From the NCBI RefSeq assembly GCF_006345805.1, contig NC_043015.1, positions 22,258,001-22,322,000 of the forward strand: a stretch of 64,000 nt of DNA. The letters are read 5' to 3'. Position 1 is the stretch's first letter; each line of letters opens with the position of its first letter. Source of the DNA: Octopus sinensis. Its lineage: Eukaryota. The position numbers and the translations under genes are program-made. A model generated the notes under the pieces. That model saw nothing but the letters and a program-made list of their open reading frames with translations. It did not search any database and was not told the origin of the DNA. Positions 27,951-41,223 of the stretch are shown here, in pieces.

Positions 27951-27984
27951 TTTCTGACGAAGAGCGTAGGCTCGGAACGGAAAA
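27951..27984 (+). ncRNA. Decayed minimal hammerhead motif
   Basis: TTT-CTGACGA-A-GAGC-GTAG-GCTC-GGAA-CG-GA-AAA; GAAA core and NUH triplet are mutated. Confidence 0.45.
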
Positions 27985-29476
27985 CTCTTTTCCAGTTTTC
28001 ATTCCGAGAGATAAATTAATACTCCTGCCTGTTGTTCCCTCACCTGTCTTCATCATTTCCTTTTCTCTAAACCTGAATTATATATATTGTTTTTTCCTTT
28101 ATCCTTAATTTATATTATTTCCTCTTCCAGGTACCCACTGCTCTAAGCCTACGATAATAAAATGTCACCTGCACCCAACTCCAACCTTCCTAAGAACCAG
28201 TCTCACCCTGGAAGATGACTTCACGTATCCCACTTCACAAACAATAGTCTTAAACGCGACAGACAAACTTTTTATTCATTCCTCCATAGCTGGCCTCGTT
28301 AGATTTCAGCCACGTATCTGCTCTGTTCTTAGGATGTTCCTTGGTTTTCTATATTACGTTTCATCTAATGATTATGGCTTTTTTTTCTAATGATGTCATA
28401 TTCTCATCTTTGCATAGATGCGTAAGAAACAGCTGCAATGAGATGACACTTATCCATCGTATGTTATTATTCATCTGATCATAATACACTAAGGGGATTT
28501 ACAACTTGTCAGACACTCAAAGTATAACTATAACGTACAATTCAACCTAACGTCTGCTTTGGACAAGCCCCTAGACGCTAATTACTCATAGTATTGGTTT
28601 TCTCTGAGTACGCTACCGGAATATACAATTTGATATTTACAAACCATAGTCCGAAACCACAAGTTTATCCAACCCTACCTGGTGCATATTTTTTCAAGCA
28701 CTTGATTCTATCTCAATATTTTTCTTACTATATATATATATGTGTGTGTGTGTATGTGTGTGTGTGTGTGCGTGCGTGGGTGTCTGTGTGTGTATTATGC
28801 AGACATATGAATACATGTATATTCTCACATACATTATTATACATTATTCATAGCTTCTCTAATAAATGACGAAGATTGTTTTATTTTTATATTTTTATGC
28901 GTTAAAATTATTTTATATTTCGAAAAGGATATAAGCGGCCAACGTGATATCATACACCGTGTAGTATTAATAACTGAATCCATCTAATAAAGAGCTAACA
29001 TTATTGTTGACGGTTCATTTATCAAAGGTTGCTTGCTTTGTTTCACTCTCTGTACTGTGTATTATAGAGGAAATAATTCATTGAAATATAAACAATGGAT
29101 ATTTATTGGTGTAAGAATTAGAATCCTAAATATCATATTATCAAACTAAAATGTCGCTTTACGAAACTAACGTTTTGTGTTCAGATAGATATATACACAC
29201 GCATACACACACAAATAAGTACACAGCGACGCGGAGATGCACTCAGTTGTATGACATATACATGCGTGTGATTCTCTGTGTGTGTGTGTGTGCGAATGCG
29301 TGTGTAGGTGTGTAGAATGTACTTATATATCATATCCTTCTTTCACAATATTCCTATCTACTGGGATACATATATATATATATACATATATATATATTTA
29401 TATATATGAATGCATATATACACATATATGTATTCATGCGTGTACACACATAACTATATATATATATATATATATA

Positions 29477-29520
<44 letters not shown>

Positions 29521-29769
29521 ATATATATTACATACACTATACATATACATATATCTACAGGATTTTTGAAGTCACTACGATACATATGTTATTCTCTATC
29601 TATCTCTCTCTCTCTCTCTCCCTCTCTCTCTCTCTCTATATATATAATATATATGTATATATATATATATACATATATATAAATAATGTGTGTGTGTGTG
29701 TCTGATACATTATATATATTTTAGTGTAGGTAGATAGAGAGTGAATGATAGAAAGACAATAACTCCAGT

Positions 29770-29849
<80 letters not shown>

Positions 29850-29852
29850 TAT

Positions 29853-29947
<95 letters not shown>
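29770..29947. repeat. (GATA)n tetranucleotide microsatellite
   Basis: about 44 units. Confidence 0.95.
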
Positions 29948-30743
29948 CATAATAGAATTCACACATAGAGATGTTGATATAGATATACAATTGTATATCA
30001 TATTTTTATATCAAGATAAACCTTTCAGAAATATAATGTCTTACAGTTCAGAAATAGAGATATAAAAGTGATGGAGTGAGACATCGACTTGTTGAAACGA
30101 ACGAACATATTTAAAAATAGATTCAATTCATAAACTATTCTCTTTTATCCAGAACAAAAAAGCGAATTTAAACAAATATTAAAGTGTACAGAGATTAAAG
30201 CGAATAGGCCTGAAAACGTCTCCTGTCATTATTCGCTTTCGATAATATATTTGATTGTTTGGATTTAATGGCCTGTCATCAGCACTATCTAATTAGGATG
30301 AACAGTTTGGTGAGAGGGTTAATACTTTTAGTATTTTTAGTAACATATATTTTGTTTGATGGGTCCCTATATCTGTATTTTCCTCTGTATGTTCGTGTGT
30401 GTGTGTGTGTGTATACACCCACAATATATATATATATATGTTTGTATACAGGTGCGCTTGTATATATGCATTTATGTATATAAATATATATATATATATA
30501 TTTATATATACATTTATGTATATATATATATATGTGTATATATATATATATATATTTATATAACATAGTTAATATATTTAAATATACACGTGCTTATATC
30601 TATGTACTTATATATATATATATGAATTTCTGCATACTTATACCTATACATATATATACATAACCATATAAGTACATATGTAGAATCCTCAACACACACA
30701 GAGGCACATTCAAACAAACCCACACCCATACACACATACAAAC

Positions 30744-30784
<41 letters not shown>

Positions 30785-31248
30785 TGTGCGTGTGTGTGTT
30801 TGAATAATTATTCCAATAATCGAACAGTATTCACGGTAGCATCTTCGCCGGGTGTAAGATTGTAAAAAAACAGTAGTTGAGTGGTGTTTAAAAACACGCT
30901 AATCCCTTGAAAATGGGGCAGAATCTTTTTTCTTGTCTCAGCTCCAGTTGCCCACCGTTTGCCTTGCTACACTTTTAGTAAACCTTCTCAGTTAAATGTA
31001 ATTTGGTTAATGAGGGCGTTTGCCGTTGCCCCCTTCATCTGCGTTTCTTTTAACGACGTATGTCCATCCGGAATCTTTGATAGGAGATGATCCAGTTTCG
31101 TTTTGAAAATGCCTGCACCTTTCCCATGTACGTCTTTCAGGCTTTATGTGATTGATATTGATGAGTTTTGAACCTGTGTCTGTATGTGGTCCCGTTACTC
31201 GATGACAATGATGGGATTTCTGGTACTATGCAGTGGGGCCCTCTTTTG

Positions 31249-31307
<59 letters not shown>

Positions 31308-32089
31308 ACACACACATACACATGCATATATATATATATGAAGAGAGGGAGAAAGTGAAAGAGAGGCACTATGAAGCAAAAAAGAACACGAGGAATAAAT
31401 ATGTATACACGTATTTACACATCGATAAAATTTTTAACTGTTTATATACAGTGAAATGTACACCCTCAGCTAGACATACACACGCTTACACAGATATGTA
31501 TCTCTATCGACCCAACAAACTCATATCCAAGTTCCTAGATCTCATGCTCTAGCATCTTTCATTCCAAATATATTTATATATACATGTATATATATCAGCA
31601 GCAAATATCCACGATTGAATACTTATACTGATATTATTATTGCTACTATTATCTTAGGCAATATATATAGTTCATAATAGCAGCAACAATAATATAGGTG
31701 GTGGCAGGCCTAAAATAGCATCCTTTAGTTATTGAATTAAATTTATATCAATCATAAGGACGCACAAATGCGTGTACCTGCTAGAGATAAGTGTTAAAAC
31801 CCTCCTTTTACCCGTCAAAATAACAATGAAAATAACAATATAACCAACAATACTCGGGCGAAGCGGATCGAAATAAACCCCTCACATACCTATATAGCAT
31901 AAAGCTAAATTTTTTGGTATTAGTATACATTACAATAAAAGATTACAATACATTATAATAGAAGATTAAGCATTAACAAGAAGTCCCATAATTTGAGGAA
32001 GTTCTTTCGCCAGTCCTTTCTGGAGTATATTTTAGTAATGCAGGTAAGTTCAAAAATTTAACTAATCGTAGTAAGTCATGGAGGACGTC

Positions 32090-32166
32090 TTCCTGATGAA
32101 GGGGACATTATTTACTAGTTACATTTTTGAACTTTCTTACTAAAATGTACTAAAACGGCTGTCGAA
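32090..32166 (+). ncRNA. Decayed hammerhead motif
   Basis: TTC-CTGATGA-AGGGGACATT...AATGTAC-TAAA-ACGGCTGT-C-GAA. Confidence 0.35.
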
Positions 32167-32416
32167 TGGAGCTCCTCTAATAACGGAACTTTTTCTTACT
32201 GTTTAATCTTTTATTATAATGTAGTTATTTGCTCTTTCAACTGTCTTTTTTTTCCTACTTCATAAGTTCGACGCTTTGTTACTTTTGTTTTGCATTATCC
32301 ATATATGGTTTGCTCAATTTACACCTCGAAATTTTTCACCTTATTTACTTTTCGAATATTTTTACATTCTTTTAATCTATATGTTTATCTACATATTTTT
32401 GTGTTACTTTTATATA

Positions 32417-32820
32417 TAGGCGCAGGAGTGGTTGTGTGGTAAGTAGCTTGCTTACCAACTACATGGTTCCTGATTCAGTCCCAATGCGTGGCATCTTGGG
32501 CAAGTGTCTTCTACTATAGCCTCGGGCCGACCAATGCCTTGTGAGTGGATTTGGTAGACGGAAACTGAAAGAAGCCTGTCGTATATATGTTTGCGTGTAT
32601 GTTTTTGTGTCTGTGTTTGTCCCTCTAGCATTGCTTGACAACCGATGCTGGTGTGTTTATGTCCCCGTTACTTAGCGGTTCGGCAAAAGAGACCGAAAGA
32701 ATAAGTACTGGGCTTACAAAGAATAAGTCCCAGGGTCGAGTCGCTCGACTAAGGGCGGTGCTCCAGCATGGCCGCAGTCAACTGACTGAAACAAATGAAA
32801 GAGTAAAAGAGTAAAGAATA
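32417..32820 (+). mobile_element. tRNA-derived SINE (family B), near full length
   Basis: Head ggcgcaggagtggttgtgtggtaag..ggttcctgattcagtccc; internal (GT)-rich linker; tail ggcggtgctccagcatggccgcagtc..ctgaaac and (AAAGAGT)n end. Confidence 0.9.
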
Positions 32821-33004
32821 TCTATTGTTCTGACATAAAATGTATTATCGCATGTATATTTAAAAAAAAAATATGTGTACAATATTGCGTCAGGGAATTT
32901 CTTGATTGCCCTACACTTTGTTTCTGAATTTACCTCTTTAATTATTGTTCGTGTTTGTATTCTAAGCACTTCTCAGTAGCAGCCCTATATATTTCGAAAG
33001 AAAG

Positions 33005-33048
<44 letters not shown>

Positions 33049-33616
33049 CATACATTTCGATTTGGCATATGGTTTGCAAGACTCTTTATGTGAGTTCGTG
33101 TGTTGAAGAATATTTAACACACTGACCGGTAAAATTTACACTTATTTCTTTTTTATTCTTCTAAAATTTTTGTTGCGTGTTGCAACCTTTTCAATAGTTT
33201 TTAGAGTGTATTAAATTATAAGGCACTAAAAGAGAATGACTCTCCCCAGACACAACAGTATATATGTGTGTTGTTTGTGTGTGTGTGTGTGTGAGTATGT
33301 ATGTGTGTATACATGTGTATGCATACGGCATGCATATGCACTTGTCCACTCGCTGTCTGATGTTGCGCAAAACCCAACACTGCGTGATTGGAATGCATGG
33401 TTCTTAATTACAAACCCATGTCTTATCTCCCTTCCCCGCCTCTCTCTCTATCTATCGAACCGACCAAAGATTTGTGTTTATATTTCTTAAACGAAAACTA
33501 AAAAAAGCACGTCGTCCATATGTGCGTGTGTGTGTGCGTGCACGTGTATCTTTGTGCGTGTGTGTATGTGCGATTCTGTGTGCGCGTGTATGTGTATATA
33601 TACACATATATATATA

Positions 33617-33800
33617 CATGAGGGGCAATGAAAAGTTCCTGGTTTTGAGGTCCAAGATTCCAAGTTCCTTTCGAAGGCTTAGAAAACCTGAAGGGCCACT
33701 GAATCTGAGAGGTGTGAATATGTAGAACAAAATCATATTTAAATGAACTTACTGTATTTTCTTTTAACCGAAGCCAGGTACTTTTCAGCACACCCTCATG
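33617..33800. mobile_element. Mariner-type MITE with TA target-site duplication
   Basis: TA|catgaggggcaatgaaaagttcctgg ... ccaggtacttttcagcacaccctcatg|TA. Confidence 0.85.
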
Positions 33801-33811
33801 TATATGTGTGT

Positions 33812-33862
<51 letters not shown>

Positions 33863-34349
33863 TGTGTACTCGCACATTTAATATCGATTAAAACCAGCTT
33901 AATGTGATATTGTAGACACCCAATCGTTTCCCTATTTAATGAATTAGTGCTGTTGTGATTAGCTCACGTTTTTCACGCAATTTCGATATCCCTTGAATGT
34001 TGGCACGATATTACCTTGTGAAACATGCTATAATTAGGGGAATAATAATTTGAAAGGGGTCAAAATATCGTGCTACAAATGAGAATCATCTAATCTCATT
34101 AATCTGACAGTAATTATTGAGGCTCCGAGAAAGGCAGATGAAATACAATTCTGTCTGTAATAGAATACGCCATTAAGATGTAGAGAGCCAAAAATGATCA
34201 TATTACCAATTATATGCTGCCGGTGTTTGTTTAAATTCAGTTGAAGTTCAGCACGGGTTTAGCAGTTTTATGATTTGAGACAGTACTGTCGTTCCCATCC
34301 CTGATATATTTATAGTTATGGAATAGGGAGTAAGAATACATTTACATAC

Positions 34350-34510
34350 AAAAAGCATTCTAATTTTCGCAGAACGCCAGCAATTTGGAAGAGAGGAGAG
34401 TAAGTTGATTACATCGACTTAAGGGTGTAACTGGTACTTAGTGTGTCAAAAATCTCAAAGAGTGAAAGGCAAAGCTGAAGACGCCTTTTTAAAATGCTCT
34501 AACAATTGAT
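34350..34510 (-). mobile_element. SINE family A, decayed fragment
   Basis: ttgattacatcgac..aactggtactta..gtgaaaggcaaag. Confidence 0.55.
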
Positions 34511-35044
34511 CTTTGTAACTTTGTCAAACACCAGCTCTCTCCTTACAGAAAGATTTCAACAAATTAAATGTAACTTTTAAGTTGTGTCTTGGGACGGTCA
34601 TTATGCCAATAATAATGCTTCACAAACTGGTTCAATATCACTTCTTTAATGTTACGTAATTGGTAATAATATTTAACCAACTAACACATCGTCCATTTGT
34701 TTAATGTGTTGTTTAAACAATCAAATGTATGTTTGTTCATTAAAGTCATTTCGTCGCTATTTGCAACCTCGTTAATTCAGATTTGTCTGAGAATTAATCT
34801 TATTCCTGTGTGTATGAATGCCTATATGTGTCTATGAAGATGTGTGTTTGCTTACAAGACAACAGTAAATTCGGTGCAAAAGAAGGGCTTATGTTTGCGC
34901 CCGCATGCGGGTGCGTGAGTGTGGTTGTGCACGTACTCAGGTGTAACGTGCATTAACCGTCCGTGACCTCATTAAAGGTCTGGTCTATTGTTCACCGTCA
35001 GTTCGATCTCGGATGGAAGGAATAAGCTCCCGTACTTATCATAT

Positions 35045-35150
35045 ATAAGACTGGTACGTATTCTATCGGCCACTTTTGCTCAACTGCTCAGTTACCGGGT
35101 CGTAAAACGCCAACACCGGTTGTCAAGTGGTGATGGTGAACAAACATAAA
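35045..35150 (-). mobile_element. SINE family B, 3' fragment
   Basis: gactggtacgtattctatcgg..ttttgc..caccggttgtcaag is the reverse complement of the 32417 tail region. Confidence 0.6.
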
Positions 35151-35167
35151 CACAAACACACACACAT

Positions 35168-35220
<53 letters not shown>

Positions 35221-35314
35221 ATGTATATATACACACGGACACACACATATACGCGCACACGTACAGACACAGACGGACACACATTCATACATACATACTT
35301 ACATACATACATAA

Positions 35315-35348
<34 letters not shown>

Positions 35349-35798
35349 GTGTGTGTGGATGTGCTTGTGCGTGTGGATGAGATGCAGAAAATTGAATTTA
35401 CAAGATGCATGATTCAAATCCACTACAATTGTTTCGGCTCAAATTCCAACGAGATGTGTACAAACAGTTGTGTCGCATCACAATTACATCAGGTGAGGTC
35501 TAAAAAGATTATCTCACTCATTCTTTTCAATTTACCCAGTATTGTTGGCATGTTTTTTGGTAATTTCCTACATTATAGCAGATTTCATGAGAAATTAAAA
35601 GAAAGATATCTCTTCAAATGTGTAGCTCAATGAAAAATATATGTGGGTGTGCCTCTGTGTGATTGTTTCTATGTATGCATGTGTTCGCGCGTGCGTATGT
35701 GTCTTTGTTTCTGTGTTTCATTTATTCGATGTATAGAATTCTCCAAGGTAGTGCATTTTTATATGTATGTATACACAAACACACACACACAAACACAG

Positions 35799-35857
<59 letters not shown>

Positions 35858-35913
35858 ACAATGTTTATAATATATATATATAATAATGTTTATAATGTTT
35901 ATAATGTTTATAA

Positions 35914-36279
35914 TTTGTACTGTCGTTACTGTCCTGTTTTTGTTACCATTTTTTACCCCTCTGCGAAAAGATCTCAGAATTTAATTGATTTGCTTTTCGC
36001 AGGAAGGAAAGTTTCTTGTCGAAGATACACTTCGAAACGTAGAGTAGATGAAACCATAGCGACTGAAGAAGGGTTTTTTTCTTTGTGTTAATCGTCCTGT
36101 ACTCTATTTTTTGTTGTTTAATAAAATGTCCAGTTCCTTTGGTTTGTGTCTATGTTTTCGTTTCTCATTGTGTTCGACGTCCTTTTGGTGTCCTGTACTC
36201 ATATATGCGTGTATACGTACATGTAGAGGTAGGTACGTACTTATATGTTTATATATATGCATATGTTTTATTTTATTTA

Positions 36280-36285
<6 letters not shown>
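35914..36285 (+). mobile_element. Dispersed repeat family D, copy 2
   Basis: Aligns with 17883-18290, with a small deletion upstream of cttcgaaacgt. Confidence 0.8.
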
Positions 36286-36321
<36 letters not shown>

Positions 36322-36452
36322 GCAAAATTTAGATTCAAATGAATACGGTACGGTAGATACGGTAGATGCGCCAGAATTTTGCATGGTGTTATACATATAA
36401 ATCCATGGGGTGATTATAATCAGAACAAGCAACAAGAATAAATTCGGTAGTT

Positions 36453-36536
36453 TGGTACGATCGTTTCGTACTACATCATTTTATTAAATGTTGTAAGTAT
36501 TACAACAGTTTTAAAATGCTAAGCACTCATCAGCCA
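36453..36536 (-). ncRNA. Type-I hammerhead ribozyme motif, canonical core
   Basis: TGG-CTGATGA-GTGCT..CATTTT..TGTTGTAA-TAC-TTACAACA..AAAATG..AGTAC-GAAA; perfect palindrome ACGATCGT; GUA triplet; CCA. Confidence 0.8.
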
Positions 36537-36652
36537 TTAATAGAGGTTTTCCATCAATAAAATTTAAATCCACATTTTGTCTATATATCTACCTTATCTA
36601 TAATGTTATCACTTGATATGAAAATTATGTATTAATGGAAAACCTCTATTAA

Positions 36653-36736
36653 TGGCTGATGAGTGATCAGCATTTTAAAACTGTTGTAATACTTGCAACA
36701 TTTAATAAAATGATGTAGTGCGAAACGATCGTACCA
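36653..36736 (+). ncRNA. Type-I hammerhead ribozyme motif (inverted twin)
   Basis: CTGATGA 36656-36662; GAAA 36722-36725; ACGATCGT; GTA 36731-36733; stem II slightly more mismatched than in the twin. Confidence 0.75.
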
Positions 36737-36765
36737 AACTATCGAATTTATTCTATTTCTTATTC

Positions 36766-36820
<55 letters not shown>

Positions 36821-36972
36821 CTGTGTATGAGCTGGCAGAAACGTTAGCGTACCGGGCGTAATGCTTAGCGGTATTTCGTCTGTCGTAACGTTCTGAGTTC
36901 AAATTCCGACTTTACCTTTCATCCTTAAGGAGTCGATAAATAAAGTACCGGTTTCGCACTGGGGTCGATGTT

Positions 36973-37449
<477 letters not shown>

Positions 37450-37452
<3 letters not shown>

Positions 37453-38686
37453 CAATATAGGATGAAGTCCCTTACTCTACAGCAAAGGAATTCATCAGGA
37501 AGCGTGGGCAGTATATTTAAAAAAAACCGTTACGGTTGCAATATACATCATATAATTAAGGGCTAAAGAGGGTTATTCTAAAGCCAAATACACTGTTTTA
37601 TCCACTTATAATCCGCTTGTTACAGGAAAATTGAAACTGAAAACGGGCAACTAACCTTTAGAAAATTTAAATTTCGTTATCTCTATATTGAATCAATTTC
37701 GGACTTAATCTTATAAAAAAAAGATATATTCCTTCTTCAGTAGAAATTTCGATGGGATAAAAATAAAATACTCACGTATGATCATGGAAAAAGCACAAGC
37801 TAAAAACATAACTACACTTGAGTACATCATTTATATCTAAAAATAAAAATTCTTTGGTCAGCCTCAGAAAACAACGTCCAGACCTTTCGCCGCTACAAAT
37901 TGTAATGGTTACCAGTCCTCCTGTAGCAAGCATCGAGTTTACTACTAAGCAATATAGGATGAAGTCCCTACTCTACAGCAAAGGAATTCATCAGGAAGCG
38001 TGGGCAGTATATTTAAAAAAAACCGTTACGGTTGCAATATACATCATATAATTAAGGGCTAAAGAGGGTTATTCTAAAGCCAATACACTGTTTTATCCAC
38101 TTATAATCCGCTTGTTACAGGAAAATTGAAACTGAAAACGGGCAACTAACCTTTAGAAAATTTAAATTTCGTTATCTCTATATTGAATCAATTTCGGACT
38201 TAATCTTATAAAAAAAAGATATATTCCTTCTTCAGTAGAAATTTCGATGGGATATAAATAAAATACTCACGTATGATCATGGAAAAAAGCACAAGCTAAA
38301 AACATAACTACACTTGAGTACATCATTTATATCTAAAAATAAAAATTCTTTGGTCAGCCTCAGAAAACAACGTCCAGACCTTTCGCCGCTACAAATTGTA
38401 ATGGTTACCAGTCCTCCTGTAGCAAGCATCGAGTTTACTACTAAGCAATATAGGATGAAGTCCCTTTATTTTATTTATATCCCATCGAAATTTCTACTGA
38501 AGAAGGAATATATCTTTTTTTTATAAGTTTAAGTCCGAAATTGATTCAATATAGAGATAACGAAATTTAAATTTTCTAAAGGTTAGTTGCCCGTTTTCAG
38601 TTTCAATTTTCCTGTAACAAGCGGATTATAAGTGGATAAAACAGTGTATTTGGCTTTAGAATAACCCTCTTTAGCCCTTAATTATA

Positions 38687-38692
<6 letters not shown>
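37450..38692. repeat. ~497-bp unit in two direct tandem copies, plus the start of a third and a ~225-bp inverted partial copy
   Basis: aagcaatataggatgaagtccc starts at 37450, 37947 and 38443; 38466-38692 is the reverse complement of about 38043-38265. Confidence 0.95.
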
Positions 38693-38729
<37 letters not shown>

Positions 38730-39179
38730 TAGATAGATAGATAGATACAAAATTAAAAAGGAGAGAAACCAATGTCAAAGGTCGTTCTACATATTCATTC
38801 CATTTCAAGTTATCGAAATTTTCCACAATATACAATATATAAAGATGCGTTCACATATATAGGACATGATAGAAACTTATAAGGATTCATAAACACATAT
38901 ACATACGAAAATTTATAATTATATAAAAATTCATAAATATATAAAAAATTATAAACATATGAATATTTATTAATACATAAACAAATAAATATAAATACAT
39001 AGATGTACTTGCGGGGTCCGAATGTCCGTATTAGATTCAATTAGGAGGGTACATAAGAAAGTTACTTTAAGATGATTCATGAAGTATCCTTAGTAAGTAC
39101 CAAATCTTACGGCCATCTTAAGAAGATATAGTTTGATAAATGCGAGTTAACTCCAAACATAGCAGTTATCTATACTTCT

Positions 39180-39392
39180 CCCATCGGTAAGAATATCTAA
39201 GACAGCCGTATAAGCACGGGTTTTCATACACTTAGCTTCTTCTCTGCTTGTTTCTAGTTCGTCTGATTCTGGAATTTGTTGTATTTGGAATTCACTTAGA
39301 TATCCCTTTATCTACTTTGTTACTGAGTATGATGCTTTCTTGTCTTCATATTTTACAAGTTTTAATATCCAGTCATCAGAATTTTTCAGACA
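39180..39392 (-). mobile_element. Short older R4/Dong fragment of the same subfamily as the copy at 1-1470
   Basis: gcacgggttttcat..ggaattcacttagatat..gttactgagtatgatgctttcttg aligns with about 671-850; translates MKTRAYTAVLDILTD. Confidence 0.8.
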
Positions 39393-39436
39393 ATTGTGGA
39401 AAACTTCATTGTTAAATCCAGTCCGAACCATCAAGG

Positions 39437-41150
39437 TTATTATTATTATTATTTTTTTTTTCTTCTTTCAAATTTGCTTCCATTTCTTGCCGAGTGTCTT
39501 CCCGACTCCTAGGACAAAGAAACTCATAGTATACATTGGTAGGCCATTAAACTAAACTCAATAGTTCGTTCATTAAAAAAAAATTTTTTTTTAAAGTTAA
39601 ATTAAAATACATGAGCAGCAACAGTTCTCACATCGACAACGCTCTTCTCAATACGTGTGATGTACCAGTTAAGACAATCTTTGCACTTCTTGCAGGGATG
39701 GTAAGCTAGGGATCATTCTCATATAATTTTCGGCTCCCTTCTTGATCATTCCTAGTGCTCCTACGATCACTGGTATTGTAACCGCCTTGAGATGCCAAAT
39801 TTTCTCAATTTCAATGAGTAGGTCTTTATATTTTCTGAGCTTGTCAAACTCTTTCGCTGAGATATTATGATCACAGGGGATGCTCATGTCGATCAATACG
39901 CAAACTTTATTGTTTTGGTCTTTCACAACAATATCTGGTTTATTGGCCTTGATGGTTCGGTCTGTATGTACTGGAAAGTCCCACAGAATGGTTACATTTT
40001 CTCCTTCAGTTACAGCCTCAGGGTGGTGATTATACCACTTGTCGGCAGTTTTGATATTGTAATGCCGACTTATTAGCCAGTGTAGATATTGGCCAACTCT
40101 GTCATGTCTTAATTTATACTCCACTGGTGCTAAGACTTTACATCCAGAGATTAGGTGGTCCACTGTTTCAATCATGTCGTTGCAGAATCGGCATTTTGGG
40201 TCTGCTCCATTTTTCATCACATTGGCCTGGTAGTTCCGGGTTAATAGGCTTTGATCTTGAGCAGCCAGGATGAAACCTTCGCTCTCTGCTTTTAGCCCTG
40301 AGCTCCGTAGCCACTGATGGGTTTGTTTCTGGTCAACATCAGCTTGTTTGCTGCGGGTCACATATTTGCCGTGCAGAGGTTTCTCCTCCCACCTATCAGC
40401 CAATTGCTCGTGCGCTTTTTTCTTTGCCATCATTTTCACTTTCTTTGCAACAATAGTTGCCGTACTTCCCTCGGGTTGTTCAGTTTGGGTATCCTGCACG
40501 AGATCAATAGCAAATTTTTGGCATTCCTTTATAATAGAATGAAGCTTCTTTCGTCTCTCGTGATTTTCCACGAGCTTTAGCATCCAGTCACTCGATATTT
40601 CGAGATATTTGGCCAGTCCAATTATGGTTGTTTTGTAAGCTAGTTCAAATTGGATCAAGCCTCGACCTCCTTGGGCTCTGGGAAGGTAAAGGCGATCTAC
40701 GTCTGCCTTTGGGTGGTACATCCTATTACAACTCAGCAGCTTGCGTATTTTCCTATCTATATTATTTATTTCACTCATATTCCAGTTCAACACATTGTAG
40801 CTATAAGTAACAACTGGAACTGCTAAGGAATTTATAGCTAACACCTTGTTACGTGCATTTAGTTCAGATTTCAGGACTGCACGAACTCTCCTATAACATT
40901 CCTTCCTGATCTTCTCTTTCATGCTTGCATGCTGAATACCAGAGCCTTCATTTATCCCTAAATATTTGTATGTTTGTTCTTGCTCAAGCTCTCTTATGAC
41001 TGTGTCAACATCTAACACGACTGAATTTGTGGTCTTCACTTTCCCTTTCTGGAAAGTGGCCTTGGCACACTTCTCAAGTCCAAACTCCATCCCGACGTCA
41101 TCGCTGAATGCTTTCACGGTGCGCAATAGGCCTTCAAGTTCATTATTGTC

Positions 41151-41154
<4 letters not shown>
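39437..41154 (-). mobile_element. R4/Dong-clade non-LTR retrotransposon, 5'-truncated young copy with 3' UTR and A-rich/(TAA)n tail
   Basis: Long ORF, then ~170-nt 3' UTR, then A-run and (TAA)n at 39437-39461; 5' end abuts (TAA)n at 41154. Confidence 0.95.
39628..41154 (-). pseudogene. Truncated RT-thumb/CCHC/RLE ORF of the Dong-like element; 1-nt deletion near the C-terminus
   Basis: KDNNELEGLLRTVKAFSDDVGMEFGLEKC..LYLPRAQGGRGL..CRFC..ETVDHLISGC..RHD..KPDIVV..LIDMS..KLRKYKDL. Restoring one A at about 39680 gives QKIVLTGTSHVLRRALSM-stop at 39628. Confidence 0.92.

Positions 41155-41223
<69 letters not shown>

Larger units (their letters stand above)
36421..36767. repeat. Inverted repeat (arms about 36421-36559 and 36630-36767, 70-nt spacer), each arm carrying an HHR
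   Basis: aattcggtagtttggtacgatcgtttcg...cagccattaatagaggttttcc versus ggaaaacctctattaatggctg...cgaaacgatcgtaccaaactatcgaatt. Confidence 0.92.

Noticed and set aside
27833-28989. Three short near-identical repeats as a CRISPR array
   Set aside because: Eukaryotic context, irregular spacing, microsatellite spacers and no cas genes.
18114-36325. Similar ORFs at 18114-18581, 24836-25042 and 36104-36325 as a small gene family
   Set aside because: The similarity comes from non-coding repeat family D, and the frames run into microsatellites.
37860-38000. Possible HHR in the 497-bp unit (minus CTGATGA at 37988-37994, GAAAGGTC about 100 nt later)
   Set aside because: No stem II closure and no valid NUH/stem I register.
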